A stretch of 64,000 bases of DNA from an uncultured delta proteobacterium (GCA_963778115.1 CAVZSV010000004.1:1984001-2048000), one strand, 5' to 3'; shown: positions 20,858 through 31,623, counted from the stretch's first letter. Notes: generated from the sequence alone by a model not told the origin. A program made the numbers and translations.

Positions 20858-20915
20858 AATTGCCCCCGAGAAAGATCGCTATAAAAAAATTTCCCTCTTT
20901 TGCCGCGTACTACCA

Positions 20916-21605
20916 TCATTTGGACTCTCCTTTCTCATTCTTTGAGAGCTTGCCCCGTTGAGCGATTACGGTATCGACGATACAGTAACTCTTGGCCTCT
21001 TCGGCGGAAAGATAACGGTCTCGATCAGTATCTTTTTCGACCTTCTCGTAGGGCTGGGACGTATGCTTAACCAAGATGTGATTCAGCTTCTCTTTCAAGA
21101 GCAGAATCTGCTTTGCCTGAATGGCGATATCGGTCGCTTGTCCTTGGGCTCCTCCCAAGGGTTGGTGAATCATAATCTGTGAGTGCGGAAGCGCAAACCG
21201 TTTTCCTTTAGTACCCGCGGCTAGCAGTACCGCCCCCATACTTGCCGCCAGGCCCGTGCAGTAAGTGCAGATATCCGGCTTTATGTATTGCATCATATCG
21301 TAGATACCCAGGCCGGCCGAAACGCTGCCGCCCGGTGAATTAATGTAAATATGAATGTCAGAGGCCGGATCTTCGGACTCCAAAAACAAAAGCTGAGCAA
21401 GAACCAGGTTGGCGACTGCGTCGTCGATTGCCGAACCTATGAAAATGATTCGTTCTTTTAAAAGACGAGAGTAAATATCGAAACTTCTCTCGCCACGGGG
21501 TGTTTGTTCAATAACGATAGGAACTAAGTAGCTCACGGGATCCATCACTTTCTTGGTGCTGTCAGGAAGACCATATCCGGATGCGATTGAGAGAAGGCCA
21601 GACAT
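20916..21605 (-). CDS. clpP: Clp protease proteolytic subunit
   Basis: DIYSRLL, YINSPGG, AASMG, IMIHQP; AGGAGG RBS before ATG 21605. Confidence 0.97.
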   Translation of the reverse strand: MSGLLSIASGYGLPDSTKKVMDPVSYLVPIVIEQTPRGERSFDIYSRLLKERIIFIGSAIDDAVANLVLAQLLFLESEDPASDIHIYINSPGGSVSAGLGIYDMMQYIKPDICTYCTGLAASMGAVLLAAGTKGKRFALPHSQIMIHQPLGGAQGQATDIAIQAKQILLLKEKLNHILVKHTSQPYEKVEKDTDRDRYLSAEEAKSYCIVDTVIAQRGKLSKNEKGESK

Positions 21606-21718
21606 TGGGCGCACCTCCTAATGGGTTTTAACTCAAGGCAGAAGCGAATGACAAGACCCGTCGTGACTTGTCTTGTCATAAAACTTACGAAAACGCACGA
21701 GCTTGAAGCTCCCGACGG

Positions 21719-23071
21719 TTACGATTTTGCGGTTTCGGGTTCCGCACTCCTGATTAAGAAATCGTACACCTGGTCGGTCAAGACTTCATCCTGTAAACGA
21801 TCCAACATGCCTTTGCCCGAGAGCCACTTGCGCGTTTCACTTAAATCGCGGTTCATCTGTTTGGCCATTTCCTCGATCCGGCTCTCTAGCAGCTTCTCAT
21901 CGAGGGTTATTTTTTCTTTTACTGCTATCTCTTTCAATAAGAGAGAGCCTCGGACCATATTTTCGGATCGTTTTCGGACCTGCTCTAAGTCATTCTGATT
22001 CAACTGCATGGGGGGACCGCCGCGTCGTTTGGTGTCTTCCTGCATCCACTGCACCAGACGATACATTTGCGCTTCCACCAAAGTATTCGCCAATTCAAAC
22101 GGGTTTTGATTGATGAGATAATCTAGAATTTCCGTCCGTTTGGTCTTTTCCGCCTCTTCTTTTTTCGAGCTCTCGAGATTTTCTCGGATGTCTTTCTTGA
22201 GAGTCTCAAGCGTAAATCCGTCTCTCAATTGCGAAGCAAAGGCATCATTTAGCTCAGGGAGTGTCTTTTTCTTCAGCTCCAGAAGTTTGCACTGATACGT
22301 CGCTGATTTCCCGGCCAGCTCTTTGTCCTGATGATCGGCCGGAAAGCTAGCGGTTACCGCTTTCTCTTCTCCGACGTTAATTTCAAGCAAAGCGGTCTCT
22401 AGCTCGGGAAGCACTTGGCCTCCGCCCAGTTCGATAGTGTAGTTCTTGGCGGGCTCTTTTTTCGGAGGATTTCCTTCAATCTCAAACGCCACTTCAACCA
22501 CGGCAAAGTTCCCTTTTTCCGGCTTGGTTGCTTCAAGCGGCTCTAACGTCGCCATGCGCTCTCTAAGATTATCGAGAGTCTTGGTGATCTCTTCGTCGGT
22601 CACTTTAAGGTCAGCGGCTTTTAAAGGAACGTTCTTATACTTACGAATCTCTATTTCAGGTTGGACCTCGAACTCCATCTCGAACTCAAGCGGCTTACCA
22701 TCTCCGAAAGATGCGTCCTTAAGCTTGATATTGGGCTGATTGATGGGGGTGAGTTTTGCTTCGACCAACGCTTCATGCACCCCCGATTGGACTAAGTGGC
22801 TTAGAACATCTTTGCGAATATCCGCGCCATATTTTTCCTGAACCATCTTTAGAGGAGCTTTTCCGGGACGAAAGCCAGGAATCTTGGCAACGGCCACATA
22901 CCGCTTGGTTGTCTGCTTCTCGTGCTCTTTCACCGCGTCAGCCGCCAACTCAACCGTCATCTTGATCTTGGTGGGCGTTAGCTTGTCTATCTTTTTGACC
23001 CGGGTTCCATGAACATGATCGTGTTCAGGGTCATGGCCTTCATGTTCGTGGTCGTTTTCGTGCGAATCCAA
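21719..23071 (-). CDS. tig: Trigger factor with His-rich N-terminal extension
   Basis: IPGFRPGKAP motif, FKBP region, position upstream of clpP-clpX; start at TTG 23071 inferred from RBS. Confidence 0.92.
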   Translation of the reverse strand: MDSHENDHEHEGHDPEHDHVHGTRVKKIDKLTPTKIKMTVELAADAVKEHEKQTTKRYVAVAKIPGFRPGKAPLKMVQEKYGADIRKDVLSHLVQSGVHEALVEAKLTPINQPNIKLKDASFGDGKPLEFEMEFEVQPEIEIRKYKNVPLKAADLKVTDEEITKTLDNLRERMATLEPLEATKPEKGNFAVVEVAFEIEGNPPKKEPAKNYTIELGGGQVLPELETALLEINVGEEKAVTASFPADHQDKELAGKSATYQCKLLELKKKTLPELNDAFASQLRDGFTLETLKKDIRENLESSKKEEAEKTKRTEILDYLINQNPFELANTLVEAQMYRLVQWMQEDTKRRGGPPMQLNQNDLEQVRKRSENMVRGSLLLKEIAVKEKITLDEKLLESRIEEMAKQMNRDLSETRKWLSGKGMLDRLQDEVLTDQVYDFLIRSAEPETAKS

Positions 23072-23145
23072 TGTTTTCTCTCCCGACAGTTCCACTCCAT
23101 ACACCTTTCGAATTAGGGGATTACTACCATGCTCCCCTGGCTGTC

Positions 23146-23730
23146 TCAACTCCCGCGACGCCGCCCTACCGATTTGGATTTGCTTTTTTTGCTCCGGCGC
23201 ACCCCAAGGGAGGAGGCCGTCGCCGGTTTATCCTTGCGTTCCGCGACTTCGGCCAAGCAGGTAGTGACAAAAAGCAACGAAGCGCCCACCACAATGCTTG
23301 AATCCGCCAAATTAAAGGACGGCCAATGGTTCTGGCCCCAGTAGAAGTCTAAAAAGTCGATAACATATCCAAGCCTTAACCTATCAATAAGGTTACCCAA
23401 AGCCCCCGCAAAGATGAGGCTCAAAGCAAAAGCGACCCCCATCTGCTTTTTGGGTAAATAAAGAATGAGACCGACGATGACGGCCATCACGACGACCGGC
23501 ACCAGAATAAAAAAAGGGTCTCGAAACCAGACGGGAGCGGTATTGAGCACGCCGAAGGCGGCCCCCAGGTTTCGGACATAGGTAAGCGAAAAAAACTTCT
23601 CAAAGATAGGCCGACTCTCTCCCCATTGAAAACGATGGTGAACGAGTAGTTTTGTCCACTGATCGAGACCGACAACCGCAAGTGTGGTCAGCGCCAGAAT
23701 GACATGTTTACGACCCCAGGGAGACTTCAC
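23146..23730 (-). CDS. lspA: Lipoprotein signal peptidase II (copy 2)
   Basis: DQWTK, NLGAAFG, GNLIDR, VIDF, FNLAD. Confidence 0.93.
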   Translation of the reverse strand: MKSPWGRKHVILALTTLAVVGLDQWTKLLVHHRFQWGESRPIFEKFFSLTYVRNLGAAFGVLNTAPVWFRDPFFILVPVVVMAVIVGLILYLPKKQMGVAFALSLIFAGALGNLIDRLRLGYVIDFLDFYWGQNHWPSFNLADSSIVVGASLLFVTTCLAEVAERKDKPATASSLGVRRSKKSKSKSVGRRRGS

Positions 23731-24218
23731 GCGGCAACGCTCGATTTCTCCTGGCCCAACTGGCTCAGGAACATCAATAGGACTCCCGCGACAATTGAAG
23801 CGTCCGCGAGGTTAAAGGGAGGCAGGCGAAACGATCCGAAGTGAATGGATATGAAATCGACCACAAAGCCGTAATGAAGCCTATCTAGCAGATTACCCAC
23901 CGCTCCCCCCAGGATGGTAGTGAGCGCTATGGAAGTAAGCATCTGGTTATCTTGTAGCTTTATGAAAATAAGAATGATCAGAATCATCGCAAACGCGGGA
24001 ACTCCAACGAAGAAGACCTCCTGGAGAGGCGAGGGAGCCCGTTGCAAAAGGCCAAAAGCAAACCCATTATTTCGGGTGTAGAGCAGGTCAAGAAAGGGGG
24101 GAAGCAGAGTCCACTTTTCACCGACGAAAAATAAAGTTCGCACCAGATGTTTTGATAATTGATCGCAGCAAAGCACTAATCCGCTTAGCGAAAACAAGAT
24201 CAGATAACGACGCTTCAT
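23727..24218 (-). CDS. lspA: Lipoprotein signal peptidase II (copy 1)
   Basis: DQLSK, NNGFAFG, GNLLDR, VVDF, FNLAD. Confidence 0.92.
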   Translation of the reverse strand: MKRRYLILFSLSGLVLCCDQLSKHLVRTLFFVGEKWTLLPPFLDLLYTRNNGFAFGLLQRAPSPLQEVFFVGVPAFAMILIILIFIKLQDNQMLTSIALTTILGGAVGNLLDRLHYGFVVDFISIHFGSFRLPPFNLADASIVAGVLLMFLSQLGQEKSSVAA

Positions 24219-24260
24219 CGACTGAAGCCTCTTTCGTGAGGGTATCGTTAGGGACGGCTT

Positions 24261-25508
24261 TTACGAACTCATCGAGTTCAAGAAATCTTTATTCGTCTTC
24301 GTCGACATGATCTTATCGAGCAAGAATTCCATACTATCGACGACGTTCATGGGCTGTAATACTTTGCGCAAGATCCAAACCCGATTGAGAATATCTCGGT
24401 CGATGAGCAATTCTTCTTTTCGCGTACCCGACTTATTAATGTCGATACACGGAAAGATGCGCTTCTCCATCAGCTTACGATCTAGCGTAATTTCTAGATT
24501 ACCCGTGCCTTTGAACTCTTCAAAGATCACTTCATCCATTCTACTGCCAGTATCGATAAGGGCGGTGGCTAAAATCGTTAGACTGCCCCCATTTTCGATA
24601 TTTCGGGCTGCTCCGAAGAATCGTTTTGGCTTGTGCAACGCATTAGAGTCGACACCGCCTGAGAGAATCTTGCCGCTGGGCGGAACAACGGTGTTATACG
24701 CACGCGCCAAACGCGTGATGCTATCTAATAAAATGACGACGTCTTTCTTGTGTTCGACTAGACGTTTCGCCTTTTCAATGACCATTTCCGCCACTTGAAC
24801 GTGACGTGTGGCCGGCTCGTCGAAAGTCGAACTTACGACCTCTCCGTCCACATTACGCTCCATATCGGTCACCTCTTCAGGCCGTTCGTCGATAAGAAGT
24901 ACGATTAAAACCACATCGGGATGGTTATGCGTAATGGCATTGGCAATCTCTTGCATCAACATCGTCTTGCCCGCTCGAGGAGGAGCGACGATAAGACCGC
25001 GCTGCCCCATTCCGATAGGCGTCATTAGGTCGATGATCCGAGTCGAATATTTCTTGGGATCATGTTCCAGTTCAAAACGCTTGTGCGGATAGACCGGAGT
25101 TAAGTTGTCGAAAAGGATCTTTTCTCGCGCGACCTCAGGGTCTTCAAAATTTACTTTTTCTACTTTGAGAAGTGCAAAATAACGCTCGGAATCTTTGGGC
25201 GGACGAATCTGTCCTTCCACGGTATCGCCGGTACGCAGCATAAAACGGCGGATCTGAGAAGGCGAAACGTAGATATCATCTGGACCTGGAAGGTAGTTGT
25301 AATCAGGGGCTCGCAGGAAGCCAAAACCATCGGGAAGCGTTTCCAATACGCCCTCTCCATAGATTTGACCGTTCTGCTCGGTTTGAGCCTGCAAGATTGC
25401 GAAAATCAGCTCCTGCCGTCTTAAACCGCCAGGGGATTCGACCCCGAGTGAACGAGCCAACTCGGTCAGTTCGGAGATCGGTTTCTCTTTAAGCTCCTTT
25501 AAATGCAT
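24261..25508 (-). CDS. rho: Transcription termination factor Rho
   Basis: [33 protein letters not shown]. Confidence 0.98.
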   Translation of the reverse strand: MHLKELKEKPISELTELARSLGVESPGGLRRQELIFAILQAQTEQNGQIYGEGVLETLPDGFGFLRAPDYNYLPGPDDIYVSPSQIRRFMLRTGDTVEGQIRPPKDSERYFALLKVEKVNFEDPEVAREKILFDNLTPVYPHKRFELEHDPKKYSTRIIDLMTPIGMGQRGLIVAPPRAGKTMLMQEIANAITHNHPDVVLIVLLIDERPEEVTDMERNVDGEVVSSTFDEPATRHVQVAEMVIEKAKRLVEHKKDVVILLDSITRLARAYNTVVPPSGKILSGGVDSNALHKPKRFFGAARNIENGGSLTILATALIDTGSRMDEVIFEEFKGTGNLEITLDRKLMEKRIFPCIDINKSGTRKEELLIDRDILNRVWILRKVLQPMNVVDSMEFLLDKIMSTKTNKDFLNSMSS

Positions 25509-25775
25509 GTCAACTACCTCAACTGGTCTGAATAGATTGTGGGGATATTCATTTCTTTATTCTTGATCGCGTTTTTCAATTGTATTTTTCTGCGTATTTT
25601 TCTGGACCTTGTTTTTTGGAAGCACTTCCCAATTTTTCGTTAGGTTGTCAATCGGCGTGGGGGGCGGGAATGTCGTTATTTCCTCGTGGTTTTGCAGGCT
25701 GTGTCTTGTCAAAACCCCCTACGGGTTTGCCTTGATGACCAAACGAAAAGGTGTTCAAGAGTAAAAAACGTCCTC

Positions 25776-25805
25776 ACAGTAAAATCAATGCGTGTGGCGT
25801 GTCAA
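25776..25805 (-). promoter_or_regulatory. Putative sigma70 promoter of rho
   Basis: TTGACA-N18-TACTGT. Confidence 0.45.
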
Positions 25806-25999
25806 GACCGAAATGGATTACACCGGTGGTGAACTTAGGCTTGAGCGTCTAGGTCTTTTGAAGAGGATTCTTCTAGAAGGGAACTCCCCGATATAGGGAG
25901 TGCAAATCTACTACTATCCCCGCAAGGTAAGCGGGTCCCCAGAAATCGAGGATGCCCTAGCTTACCAACAAAACCCGGCGAAACTGCGATAGTCGATTC

Positions 26000-26212
26000 T
26001 TAAGCGTTGGCCTTAAGTTTGCGAACTCGCGTAGCCTGCGGCCCTTTAGGACCTTGAGTCATGTCGAATTCGACTTCTTGACCTTCCGTCAGCGATTTGA
26101 AACCTTCGCCTTCGATCGCCGAAAAGTGAACGAACACGTCGGCGCCGCCTTCTTGCTCGATAAATCCATAACCCTTGTTGTCGTTAAACCACTTCACAAA
26201 GCCGGTTGGCAT
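26000..26212 (-). CDS. Cold-shock protein
   Basis: [30 protein letters not shown]. Confidence 0.95.
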   Translation of the reverse strand: MPTGFVKWFNDNKGYGFIEQEGGADVFVHFSAIEGEGFKSLTEGQEVEFDMTQGPKGPQATRVRKLKANA

Positions 26213-26349
26213 AACATCCCCTCCCAATTCAAGGCCTGAAAAAGACTCGTTGCCCACGATTCCTACGCAAATAAAACCGGCGGAGGTTTGTTCTTTTTTT
26301 AAGAGTTTGGACTTAGAGCCTTCGTAAAACCCGTTAACCCACCATATCG

Positions 26350-26414
26350 ATGATAACCCCGGTCAGAATCGTGTCAAGTAAGTTGATTGACAAGCAATGT
26401 CACTAAGTTATACT
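26350..26414. promoter_or_regulatory. Back-to-back sigma70 promoters (csp on -, ftsK on +)
   Basis: Minus strand TTGACA-N16-TATCAT (26377-26350); plus strand TTGACA-N16-TATACT (26387-26414). Confidence 0.6.
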
Positions 26415-26580
26415 GAAATTAGTCAGCTCTTTTACTTTTCCGTTACATTCATTGTTTTCGAGTCCATTACGGTCCAATCTTTAAGTGATTAATGACTTGA
26501 TTGGCCGGTGATTTTACGTTTTTTTGATTCGTTTCGTTATTGATTTCAGTGCCGAGCTAACGTTTCCAAAAAAATTTCGG

Positions 26581-26608
26581 TAAAAATTTTTCGAAGTATC
26601 GTCGATAA
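26581..26608 (+). promoter_or_regulatory. Putative sigma28 promoter upstream of ftsK
   Basis: TAAA-N16-GTCGATAA. Confidence 0.5.
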
Positions 26609-26662
26609 AATCCTTTCTCCTAAAACAACATCCACGAGAAGTCTCATTAAGGACGATTCCTT

Positions 26663-29047
26663 ATGATATTGAATCACTCCGAGACCGGCGGCTATTCCGA
26701 GCTCTCTTCAAATAAGAATTCGGACACAGGCTTCGTCGCTTTCGAATTAAAAAGGTTGCTGTGCTTGGCGTGCACCGTGGCACTGCTCATGGCCTTACTG
26801 TCCTACTCTCCCACCGATCCTTCGTGGAGTACGTGGAGTACCGACGGAAGACTCCATAACTGGATGGGAAGATTTGGAAGTATCTTGGCCGATACTCTCT
26901 ACCAACTCTTCGGACTTACCGCTCTTGCGCTCGCCGCATTACCCACCGTCATTGCGACAAAGATGCCCTTTCGCGACAACGGCAATTGGGGAACTCGAAG
27001 TATCGGCCCTTTCCTGATGGTGTCTTCGTTAGGCATTCTCTTTCAAACCTCGTTCCCTCACCATTGGATGCCATGGCAGTTATCGCACCCGGGTGGACTT
27101 TTGGGAGAACTTTTAGCCCAAGTTTTAGGATTTGCCGTAGGGTCAATGGGAGTTCGGTTAGTCGCGGTGGTGGCGTTCTTGTGCTCGCTGATTTTGGTAT
27201 TTCGTTGGCAGCTTATTACCCGAACCGAAAACTGGTTTAGAAAGAGTGCTCCCCGTTCCATCCCGGTGATATTGCCCATTCTCAAGCAACAGATTAATCA
27301 CACCAAGAAACTTCCCTCAGTTTGGTCGGCATTGAGAGCCAAGTTCACAAAAGTAAAACAGCAACCGGTCGAACCAGGTTCACCAGTCCCCAGTGAATTG
27401 CCCTCCTTAGATGCGGGCGCCAACGACGAACAGACGACGGAAGAGATGACGGATGAAGACGCAAACGACGGTGAGAGTGAAGAGAATTCCGAAGAAGGTG
27501 AAGACGTTCAAGTTCCCGAGGCGCTTATCGGTGCCACCATCGCCGAACCGGTAAAACGAGCGCCTCAACAAAAAATTCCAAAAAATCGCGTCCACAAGGG
27601 ACGGCGCCAAACGTTTCAGCTACCACACCTGCAGTTACTCTCCGGAAAGGCCGAATCCAAAAATAAACCCGTGGAAAAGAGCTGGTATCTCGAGAAGGGA
27701 AATATCTTAGTCCAAAAGCTAAAAGACTTTGGAGTGGATGGCGAAGTGGTTCATATTTCCCCGGGACCTGTCATCACCGTTTACGAATTTAAACCGGCCA
27801 GCGGAGTAAAGATCAAAGAGATTTCAAACCTTTCGGACGATTTAACCCTGGCGCTTAGTGTCCTAAGCGTTCGCATCGTGGCTCCTATTCCGGGGAAACC
27901 TGTGGTCGGTATTGAAATTCCTAGCCCTCACCGCGAAATGGTTTTTTTCAAAGACTTGATTCAAGAAACCCCCTTTTTCAAAAGTGAAATTAAAATTCCC
28001 ATCGTCTTGGGGCGTTTGGCTTCGGGAGAGCCCGTAGCCGCGGATCTCGCGTCAATGCCGCACTTACTTATCGCCGGATCTACGGGTACGGGAAAATCGG
28101 TTTTCATGAACACGCTGATCTCAAGCCTTCTTTATCGGTTCAGTCCCGAACAACTAAAATTGATTCTCGTCGATCCTAAGATGGTGGAGCTCAGTCAGTA
28201 TGAAGGAATTCCTCATCTGCTGTTGCCTGTTGTCGTGGATTCGAAAAAGGCAGTCATGGCATTACGCTGGACGGTTGATGAGATGGAACGACGGTACACG
28301 GCGATGCACCAATTCGGAGTGCGTCACATTGATGCTTTTAATGAAAAGCTCTGCGAATACCACAAAGAAGGAAAGGAGCTCGATTACGCTCCTTTGCCCT
28401 ACATCGTCGTCGTAATCGACGAGTATGCGGACTTGATGGCGGTTGTCCCCAAAGAGGTGGAACTTTCCATTGCGCGGCTTGCACAAAAAGCTCGCGCTAG
28501 CGGGATCCATCTCGTTCTGGCAACCCAGCGCCCCTCAACCGATGTCGTAACGGGTACGATTAAAGCCAACTTCCCGACCCGCCTGTCGTTTCGCGTGGCC
28601 TCCTCGATCGACTCGAAAACGATCTTGGATCGCACCGGAGCCGAAAGGCTCCTGGGTCACGGAGATATGCTCTTTCATTCGGCGGGCTTTACCACTCTAA
28701 AACGCATGCAGGGCCCCTTTCTCTCAGATGCCGACACCAACCGAGTCGTCGAGTACTTAAAGGCCCAGGGCGAACCCGAATACGATGAAAAAATTCTAGC
28801 CCAAGCGGAAGAGATAGATCTCGATGGATCCCCATCTGCCGACTCCGATGACGAAGAAGGAAGGCTTTACGATCAAGCGGTACGCATCGTCACGGAAAAA
28901 GGCGAAGCCAGTATCTCCCTCATCCAAAGACACTTACGCATCGGTTACAACAGAGCCGCGACGTTGATGGAACAGATGGAAAAAGAGGGGGTCGTAGGGG
29001 CTTCGACCGGCCCCGCCAAAAGACGCTCGGTGCTCGTCAATTCCTAG
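26663..29047 (+). CDS. ftsK: DNA translocase FtsK
   Basis: 4TM N-terminus, HLLIAGSTGTGKS, LATQRPS, gamma domain QRHLRIGYNRAA. Confidence 0.96.
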   Translation: MILNHSETGGYSELSSNKNSDTGFVAFELKRLLCLACTVALLMALLSYSPTDPSWSTWSTDGRLHNWMGRFGSILADTLYQLFGLTALALAALPTVIATKMPFRDNGNWGTRSIGPFLMVSSLGILFQTSFPHHWMPWQLSHPGGLLGELLAQVLGFAVGSMGVRLVAVVAFLCSLILVFRWQLITRTENWFRKSAPRSIPVILPILKQQINHTKKLPSVWSALRAKFTKVKQQPVEPGSPVPSELPSLDAGANDEQTTEEMTDEDANDGESEENSEEGEDVQVPEALIGATIAEPVKRAPQQKIPKNRVHKGRRQTFQLPHLQLLSGKAESKNKPVEKSWYLEKGNILVQKLKDFGVDGEVVHISPGPVITVYEFKPASGVKIKEISNLSDDLTLALSVLSVRIVAPIPGKPVVGIEIPSPHREMVFFKDLIQETPFFKSEIKIPIVLGRLASGEPVAADLASMPHLLIAGSTGTGKSVFMNTLISSLLYRFSPEQLKLILVDPKMVELSQYEGIPHLLLPVVVDSKKAVMALRWTVDEMERRYTAMHQFGVRHIDAFNEKLCEYHKEGKELDYAPLPYIVVVIDEYADLMAVVPKEVELSIARLAQKARASGIHLVLATQRPSTDVVTGTIKANFPTRLSFRVASSIDSKTILDRTGAERLLGHGDMLFHSAGFTTLKRMQGPFLSDADTNRVVEYLKAQGEPEYDEKILAQAEEIDLDGSPSADSDDEEGRLYDQAVRIVTEKGEASISLIQRHLRIGYNRAATLMEQMEKEGVVGASTGPAKRRSVLVNS

Positions 29048-29094
29048 TTGGGATTCCTATATTCCCCCGGTGTGAAATTTGCTAAAACGAAAAG

Positions 29095-29745
29095 GTGAAA
29101 TCTCTCCTCTTTAGCATTTGCGTGCTATTTGCATTTTCTTCTCTGGCCGCCTCCCCGGCCAAGCAGTCACCGGCTGACATCCAACTGGCCAAACTTCAAG
29201 CCTCCTGGGACAAGATCAAATCGTTCAAGGCCGACTTTGTCCAATTGGTCTCTTCGAAAGCCATGCAGGGGTTGCCCCCCGATGAGACAAAAGGGGTCAT
29301 CTATGTGGAACGGCCTTCCAAACTGCGCTGGGAGTCCCAGACCGACGGAAGCCTACAAATTCTCTCGGATGACGAGCTTAAGGTTATCCATAAGAATGAG
29401 CGGGGAACCACCTTAGTCGATATCTATGGCCGGATTAGCAACTCGGTCGGAGCTAAATCCCTGAATTTCCTTACCGGAAAGGCGAAATTCGCCGTCCTGT
29501 ACGATGTCGTCCTCGTGGGCCAGTCTCCCAAGAAGGTAACGCTCAAGTTGACCCCCCGCGATACCAGCCGGGAAACTTATATTGCGGAAATAAACAAAGC
29601 CGGATATTTTCTCGAGACTTTGACGACCGATACGGAGGACACTTCGGTAGTGATGAAGTTCTCGAATGTACGGCGCAATCTCACCTTGGATAAGACACTT
29701 TTTGAGTACCGCGCCCAGCCCACCGATATCGTTCACCGGCAATGA
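29095..29745 (+). CDS. lolA: Outer-membrane lipoprotein carrier LolA-like
   Basis: Signal peptide, FKADFVQ, ERPSKLRW, position downstream of ftsK. Confidence 0.75.
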   Translation: MKSLLFSICVLFAFSSLAASPAKQSPADIQLAKLQASWDKIKSFKADFVQLVSSKAMQGLPPDETKGVIYVERPSKLRWESQTDGSLQILSDDELKVIHKNERGTTLVDIYGRISNSVGAKSLNFLTGKAKFAVLYDVVLVGQSPKKVTLKLTPRDTSRETYIAEINKAGYFLETLTTDTEDTSVVMKFSNVRRNLTLDKTLFEYRAQPTDIVHRQ

Positions 29746-29772
29746 TCTAGGTAACTTTTTTAAGAGGAGCGC

Positions 29773-30261
29773 ATGCCTTCATTTGATATCACGGTAAAGA
29801 TGGATTTGGCCGAGGTCGATAACGCGATCAACCAAGCGCAAAAAGAGTTGGCTCAGCGCTATGACTTTAAAGGCAGTAAAAGCGAAATCAAGTGGGACAA
29901 GAAAAACGAAATCATCCTGGTTTCGGACGATGAGTATAAGCTAAAGGCGCTCACGGAAATTTTGCAGGGAAAAATGATCAAGCGTGGATTAAGCCTCAAG
30001 AATGTAACGTTTGGAAAGGTCGAACCCGCCTTCGAGGGAACCGTTCGCCAAAAGCTAACGCTACAGCAAGGGATACCGGGAGATAAGGCAAAAGAGCTTA
30101 TCAAGATGATCAAAGCGACTTCGCTTAAAGTGCAATCCCAACATCAAGACGAACAGGTTCGTGTTACCGGAAAAAAACGCGACGACTTGCAGGAAGCGAT
30201 CGCTTTTGTCAGAAAAGCGGATTTAGGTTTGGATTTCCAATTTGAAAACTTTAGAGATTAG
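29773..30261 (+). CDS. yajQ: YajQ family nucleotide/c-di-GMP-binding protein
   Basis: MPSFDI, RYDFKG, RVTGKKRDDLQ, FENFRD. Confidence 0.95.
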   Translation: MPSFDITVKMDLAEVDNAINQAQKELAQRYDFKGSKSEIKWDKKNEIILVSDDEYKLKALTEILQGKMIKRGLSLKNVTFGKVEPAFEGTVRQKLTLQQGIPGDKAKELIKMIKATSLKVQSQHQDEQVRVTGKKRDDLQEAIAFVRKADLGLDFQFENFRD

Positions 30262-30270
30262 GCGGATAGT

Positions 30271-31623
30271 TTGATTGAATTAAAGACACCTGAGCCCTCC
30301 CCGAATAAGACGATATTTTTTCAAAGTCTCGGGTGCCCCAAAAACCTCGTCGATGCCGAGGTAATGCTTGGAATCACTTCGAAGGATAGTTATCAAATAG
30401 TTCCGTCCCCAGAGAATGCGTCGGTCATCGTTCTAAACACCTGCAGTTTCATCGAAGCCTCTAAACGAGAGTCTATTGATGCTATCTTGGCGTTAGCGGA
30501 ATATAAGGACAAGGGAAGTTGCGAGCGTCTCATCGTCACAGGCTGTTTGCCCCAACGATATAAAGCGGACTTGAAAGTTTCTTTCCCTGAGGTGGACGCG
30601 TTCGTCGGAACGGGCCAATACGGGCAAATTCTAGAATTTATCTCGGGCAAACGTGAAGAAGATTTTGGGTTTAAACATCCTAAGTACATCCACTCCGAAC
30701 ATACCCCGCGAATCAATTCTCAACCTTCGCATCGCGCTTATCTTAAGTTGTCCGAAGGGTGCATCAAAAATTGCGCTTTCTGTATTATCCCTAAAATCCG
30801 AGGAACTTTAAGAAGTCGTACTATCGAGTCTCTGGTAACAGAGGCCACCCATCTAGTCTCCACGGGTGTCGTAGAGCTTAATTTGATCGCCCAAGACTTA
30901 ACCGATTATGGAAGGGACCTCAGAGACAGCTCCAATTTGGTGGCTCTTTTGAAGTCTCTCGCCAAGATCGACGGTTTACAGTGGATTCGCCTCTTGTATG
31001 TCTATCCCGACGAAATGTCAGACGAACTCTTGGATCTGATCGCTAGCGAGCCAAAAATTTGTAAGTACATCGATATGCCGGTGCAACACATTAACGACCG
31101 AATGCTTGGTATCATGAATCGAAAAGTGACCGGAGCCCAAATTCGAGAGCGCATCGAAACGCTGCGAACTCGAATTCCTGGAGCTTCGATCCGAAGTACG
31201 GTTATCGTTGGCTATCCCAGCGAAACGGAAGAAGAGTTTGCCCAGCTCTGTGACTTTGTGGAGCACGTAGGCTTCGATCACCTGGGTGTCTTTGCCTATT
31301 CTCATGAAGAGGGAACCGCCTCATACGCTTTACCCGGACAGCTGGAAGATTCCGTGAAAGAAAATAGGCGCCATCGTCTGATGCGAATCCAACAGAAGAT
31401 CTCCGAAAAGAAATTGAAAAATCGAGTGGGAGAAACCATTCCCGTTCTTATCGAAGATATTTCCGATGAGTCCGAGTTCCTCTGGAAAGGTCGCCATCAG
31501 GGACAGGCTCCCGATATCGACGGAGTGGTGCTTTTGCGCGGTGGTGATTTAAAGCGGGGAAAGATCCAGAGGGTAAAGCTGGAACGCGCGATGGAATACG
31601 ACTACATCGGGCGCGTGGTTTAA
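30271..31623 (+). CDS. rimO: Ribosomal protein S12 methylthiotransferase
   Basis: SLGCPKNLVD, NTCSFIE, CIKNCAFC radical-SAM motif, APDIDG TRAM domain. Confidence 0.93.
   Translation: MIELKTPEPSPNKTIFFQSLGCPKNLVDAEVMLGITSKDSYQIVPSPENASVIVLNTCSFIEASKRESIDAILALAEYKDKGSCERLIVTGCLPQRYKADLKVSFPEVDAFVGTGQYGQILEFISGKREEDFGFKHPKYIHSEHTPRINSQPSHRAYLKLSEGCIKNCAFCIIPKIRGTLRSRTIESLVTEATHLVSTGVVELNLIAQDLTDYGRDLRDSSNLVALLKSLAKIDGLQWIRLLYVYPDEMSDELLDLIASEPKICKYIDMPVQHINDRMLGIMNRKVTGAQIRERIETLRTRIPGASIRSTVIVGYPSETEEEFAQLCDFVEHVGFDHLGVFAYSHEEGTASYALPGQLEDSVKENRRHRLMRIQQKISEKKLKNRVGETIPVLIEDISDESEFLWKGRHQGQAPDIDGVVLLRGGDLKRGKIQRVKLERAMEYDYIGRVV

Noticed and set aside
25840..25999. Stop-codon readthrough extension of the cold-shock protein
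   Set aside because: The frame stays open for about 55 codons, but the stop is TAA and the peptide has no recognisable features
26420..26660. Replication origin or dif site in the AT-rich region before ftsK
   Set aside because: No DnaA-box cluster or XerC/D site; explained by promoters and leader
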